This document shows, piece by piece, positions 61,101 through 64,000 of a stretch of DNA of 64,000 nucleotides. The notes beneath the pieces are model-generated. The model was not told where the DNA came from. It saw nothing but the letters and a program-made list of their open reading frames with translations, and did no database searches. A program made the translations under genes and the position numbers. This stretch comes from Paraspadella gotoi. Its lineage: Eukaryota; Animalia; Chaetognatha. The stretch lies in NCBI GenBank assembly GCA_051294375.1, contig CM119264.1, positions 31,190,135 through 31,254,134 on the forward strand, read 5' to 3'. How positions within the stretch are numbered: the stretch's first letter is position 1; every line of letters begins with the position of its first letter.

Positions 61101-64000
61101 GCCAAGCCACCGCGTTCATTCTGCGGGGTTAATTTTAGAAGTTTAATAATTAATATTTAATCAACGCTGGGAGAGTTCAAAGTTTTAACTATTGTAAGGG
61201 AAAATAAATTTAATTAAGAAGATTAATTAAAACCACAGTGTAGATTTATACAATTCGAATCTGGTCCTTAGTTCAACCGGTTTTGTATCGAACGCAAACT
61301 TACCAAACCTCGATTTTTTGTTTGGCCAAATAAATAATTATTAATTAACGCGCCCAGCTGCTATAGTTTCGGGCCATAAAAAGGTCACTCCCTACTAATC
61401 GTTTCCGCATGATGGCTCTTATTGCAATGCGCGACAAACCTCGGTCCTAACGAGAAATCACTCAGATAATCACTCAGATACATTCATACTTTTAATACTT
61501 AATCCACAATGAATTGATCATTCTCCCCATGTTTCGGCCACAAAATTGGATCATTTTCTTGATACCTGAGCCCCATGAGACCGGAGACTGTGTTCGTGGC
61601 CGTGACTCCGTCCGCCCCGCCCCTTTTGGCCGCGGAGGCGATGTCCACGATGTTGGTCACATTCGGGGTCATTTTGGGGAAGAAAGGAATCTTGACTGCG
61701 GCTCTGACCCAACGGGAAATGTTGTAGACAAGCTCGGGATTCTGGGAGGAAGAGCTTGGGTTGGTTATGAATCGGGTCACAAAGAGAGAAATTGTAAATA
61801 AAGTAAATAAAATTGTAAATAAAGTAAATAAAATTGTAAGTAAATAAATAAAAAAAATTTAATTGTAAATAAATAAACAAATAAAATTGTAAAAAAAAAA
61901 TGTAAATCAATTCATTCTCTCATCATCGCAGTTGATCATAGAAATTTTATAAAAAATAATTATATTTCAGAACCATATTGCTTATAATTTTACTAGAATT
62001 TTGGATTAAAGACAAATTTAGAATTTTTACTACGATTTGCGGCACAGTTAAAGTTTTAACCAATCACATCACTTATAATATCACTACATCAGGGGATAAA
62101 TTGTACTACTACTTTACAACCGTAATGCATCACCTGTCCGCAGGCCAACCCCATCCCTCGCTCTCCCATCCCGTGAGGACAGGAGAGGTTGAGCTCCAGC
62201 GCGTCCGCTCCAGCAGCTTCGGAGAGTCGACTCAATTTCGTCCAATCATTTTCGTCGTAGCCGCACATGATGGAGGCGATGACGATGCGCTCGGGGAAGG
62301 AAGATTTCAGTTCGGTGATGACCTGTTGGGGGGGAAGGGGGGGAGAGGGGGGCGAGGAGAGGGAGGGAGGAGAGGGAGGAGGGAGAGGAGGAGGAGAGGG
62401 AGGGAGAGGAGGAGGGAGAGGAAGAGAAGGCGGACAGGGAGGAGAGCGGGAGGAGGGGCGAGGAGAGGGAGATGTTAAAAAGTTTTAAAAATATTTTAAC
62501 ATCAAGATTTTCTTAGTAGTATTATATTTATAATCTAATTTACATTAAAAAAATCAATTTAATGGCAAAAAGAAATGTAAAAAAAATTGAATAATTTTGA
62601 CAAAATTATTGCGAAATGCAAATAAGATTATTTAAACACCAAATCCAATGATAACAAACCACCGGTAACTTTTAAATCTTTTGATCTTTTGATCTTTTGA
62701 TCTTTTGATATTTTGATCTTTTGATCTTTTGATCTTTTACATTTTACAAATCAATAAACGTCAACTTTTTAGCAACATTCGACGGTATATTTCAAATTTC
62801 ATGCTGTAGTCAACTAACATAAAACATCGCTTATACAGACATGAATTAAAGAATTGAGAACTCGAGCAATGACGCTACAACCGACCTGCAGCCAATACTC
62901 TGCCTTCTTCTCACTGATGAGTTCGATGTTCAGAAAAGCTCCTTGTCCAGGACCGAAAGAATGGCCAGCTGTTGTGCCTCTGACGATCCTTGAAATATAA
63001 AGTCAACTGGTTTTTATCTCTCTCTCTCTCTCTCTCTCTCTCTNNNNNNNNNNNNNNNNNNNNNNNNNNNNNNNNNNNNNNNNNNNNNNNNNNNNNNNNN
63101 NNNNNNNNNNNNNNNNNNNNNNNNNNNNNNNNNNNNNNNNNNNNNNNNNNNNNNNNNNNNNNNNNNNNNNNNNNNNNNNNNNNNNNNNNNNNNNNNNNNN
63201 NNNNNNNNNNNNNNNNNNNNNNNNNNNNNNNNNNNNNNNNNNNNNNNNNNNNNNNNNNNNNNNNNNNNNNNNNNNNNNNNNNNNNNNNNNNNNNNNNNNN
63301 NNNNNNNNNNNNNNNNNNNNNNNNNNNNNNNNNNNNNNNNNNNNNNNNNNNNNNNNNNNNNNNNNNNNNNNNNNNNNNNNNNNNNNNNNNNNNNNNNNNN
63401 NNNNNNNNNNNNNNNNNNNNNNNNNNNNNNNNNNNNNNNNNNNNNNNNNNNNNNNNNNNNNNNNNNNNNNNNNNNNNNNNNNNNNNNNNNNNNNNNNNNN
63501 NNNNNNNNNNNNNNNNNNNNNNNNNNNNNNNNNNNNNNNNNNNNNNNNNNNNNNNNNNNNNNNNNNNNNNNNNNNNNNNNNNNNNNNNNNNNNNNNNNNN
63601 NNNNNNNNNNNNNNNNNNNNNNNNNNNNNNNNNNNNNNNNNNNNNNNNNNNNNNNNNNNNNNNNNNNNNNNNNNNNNNNNNNNNNNNNNNNNNNNNNNNN
63701 NNNNNNNNNNNNNNNNNNNNNNNNNNNNNNNNNNNNNNNNNNNNNNNNNNNNNNNNNNNNNNNNNNNNNNNNNNNNNNNNNNNNNNNNNNNNNNNNNNNN
63801 NNNNNNNNNNNNNNNNNNNNNNNNNNNNNNNNNNNNNNNNTAAATTCAAATTCAAAATTCTCTCTCTCTCTCTCTCTCTCACCCATATCGATAGGCGTAT
63901 AAAAGAGCGGCAACTTCGCCTCCTCTTCCACAAAGACTCCATAAGATTCCTGCAGATGGCGGTGGATGCTCCAAGCGGCCGTCTTTCCGTCGTTGACCGA
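58161..64000 (-). CDS. DPYD: Dihydropyrimidine dehydrogenase (NADP+), C-terminal half; 5' part is outside the window and one exon falls in the N gap
   Basis: Exons ~64000-63883 ([10 protein letters not shown]...LPLFYTPID), ~62985-62880 ([11 protein letters not shown]), 62322-62134 ([22 protein letters not shown]), 61741-61566 ([13 protein letters not shown]), 61120-60975 (TTYGGVSG), 60540-60424 (GIDSA), 60158-~59960, ~58899-58773 and 58436-58161 ([23 protein letters not shown] 4Fe-4S). A few residual indels. Confidence 0.95.
60159..60375 (-). repeat. ~53-bp tandem repeat of the DPYD splice acceptor plus exon start
   Basis: Units acaaccccatcag|gtctcaagactcctctctacatcagtcaaactccccctttct. Confidence 0.85.
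63044..63840. other. Assembly gap (other gaps at 3616, 24042 and 56705)
   Basis: Runs of N. Confidence 1.

Noticed and set aside
58161-64000. DPYD as part of the peroxidase/transporter cassette
   Set aside because: Conserved housekeeping pyrimidine-catabolism gene separated by another gene, with no sequence evidence of a functional link.

Overview
AT-rich eukaryotic DNA, very probably from an invertebrate animal, with GT-AG spliceosomal introns, many microsatellites and draft-assembly gaps. Genes reconstructed by hand from splice sites: (1) a 7-exon SLC16/monocarboxylate-type MFS transporter (+, 3232-7725); (2,3) two intact 8-exon secreted animal heme peroxidases (+, 13989-18813 and 24760-31475) from a genuine ~12-13 kb tandem duplication that also copied the 3' end of (4) a 4-exon DHA1/ZIFL-like MFS transporter (-, 32774-37158) with a Tyr-Asp heptad array in its central loop; (5) an unrecognised secreted acidic, Ser-rich precursor (-, ~41133-44008); (6) the 3' half of DPYD (-, 58161-64000), preceded by an error-riddled second copy (45830-56704) that looks like a raw long-read false duplication. 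Most notable: both peroxidases replace the heme-ester Glu by Asp, alter the proximal-His and Ca motifs, carry a GGCPF motif in the propeptide and sit between two small-molecule transporters. The window also has short TG...CA solo LTRs with 4-bp TSDs and tRNA-like Pol III boxes, palindromic Penelope-type remnants with minimal hammerhead ribozyme cores, and a DPYD intron built from tandem copies of its own splice junction. No database searches were run, so family calls rest on recalled motifs.
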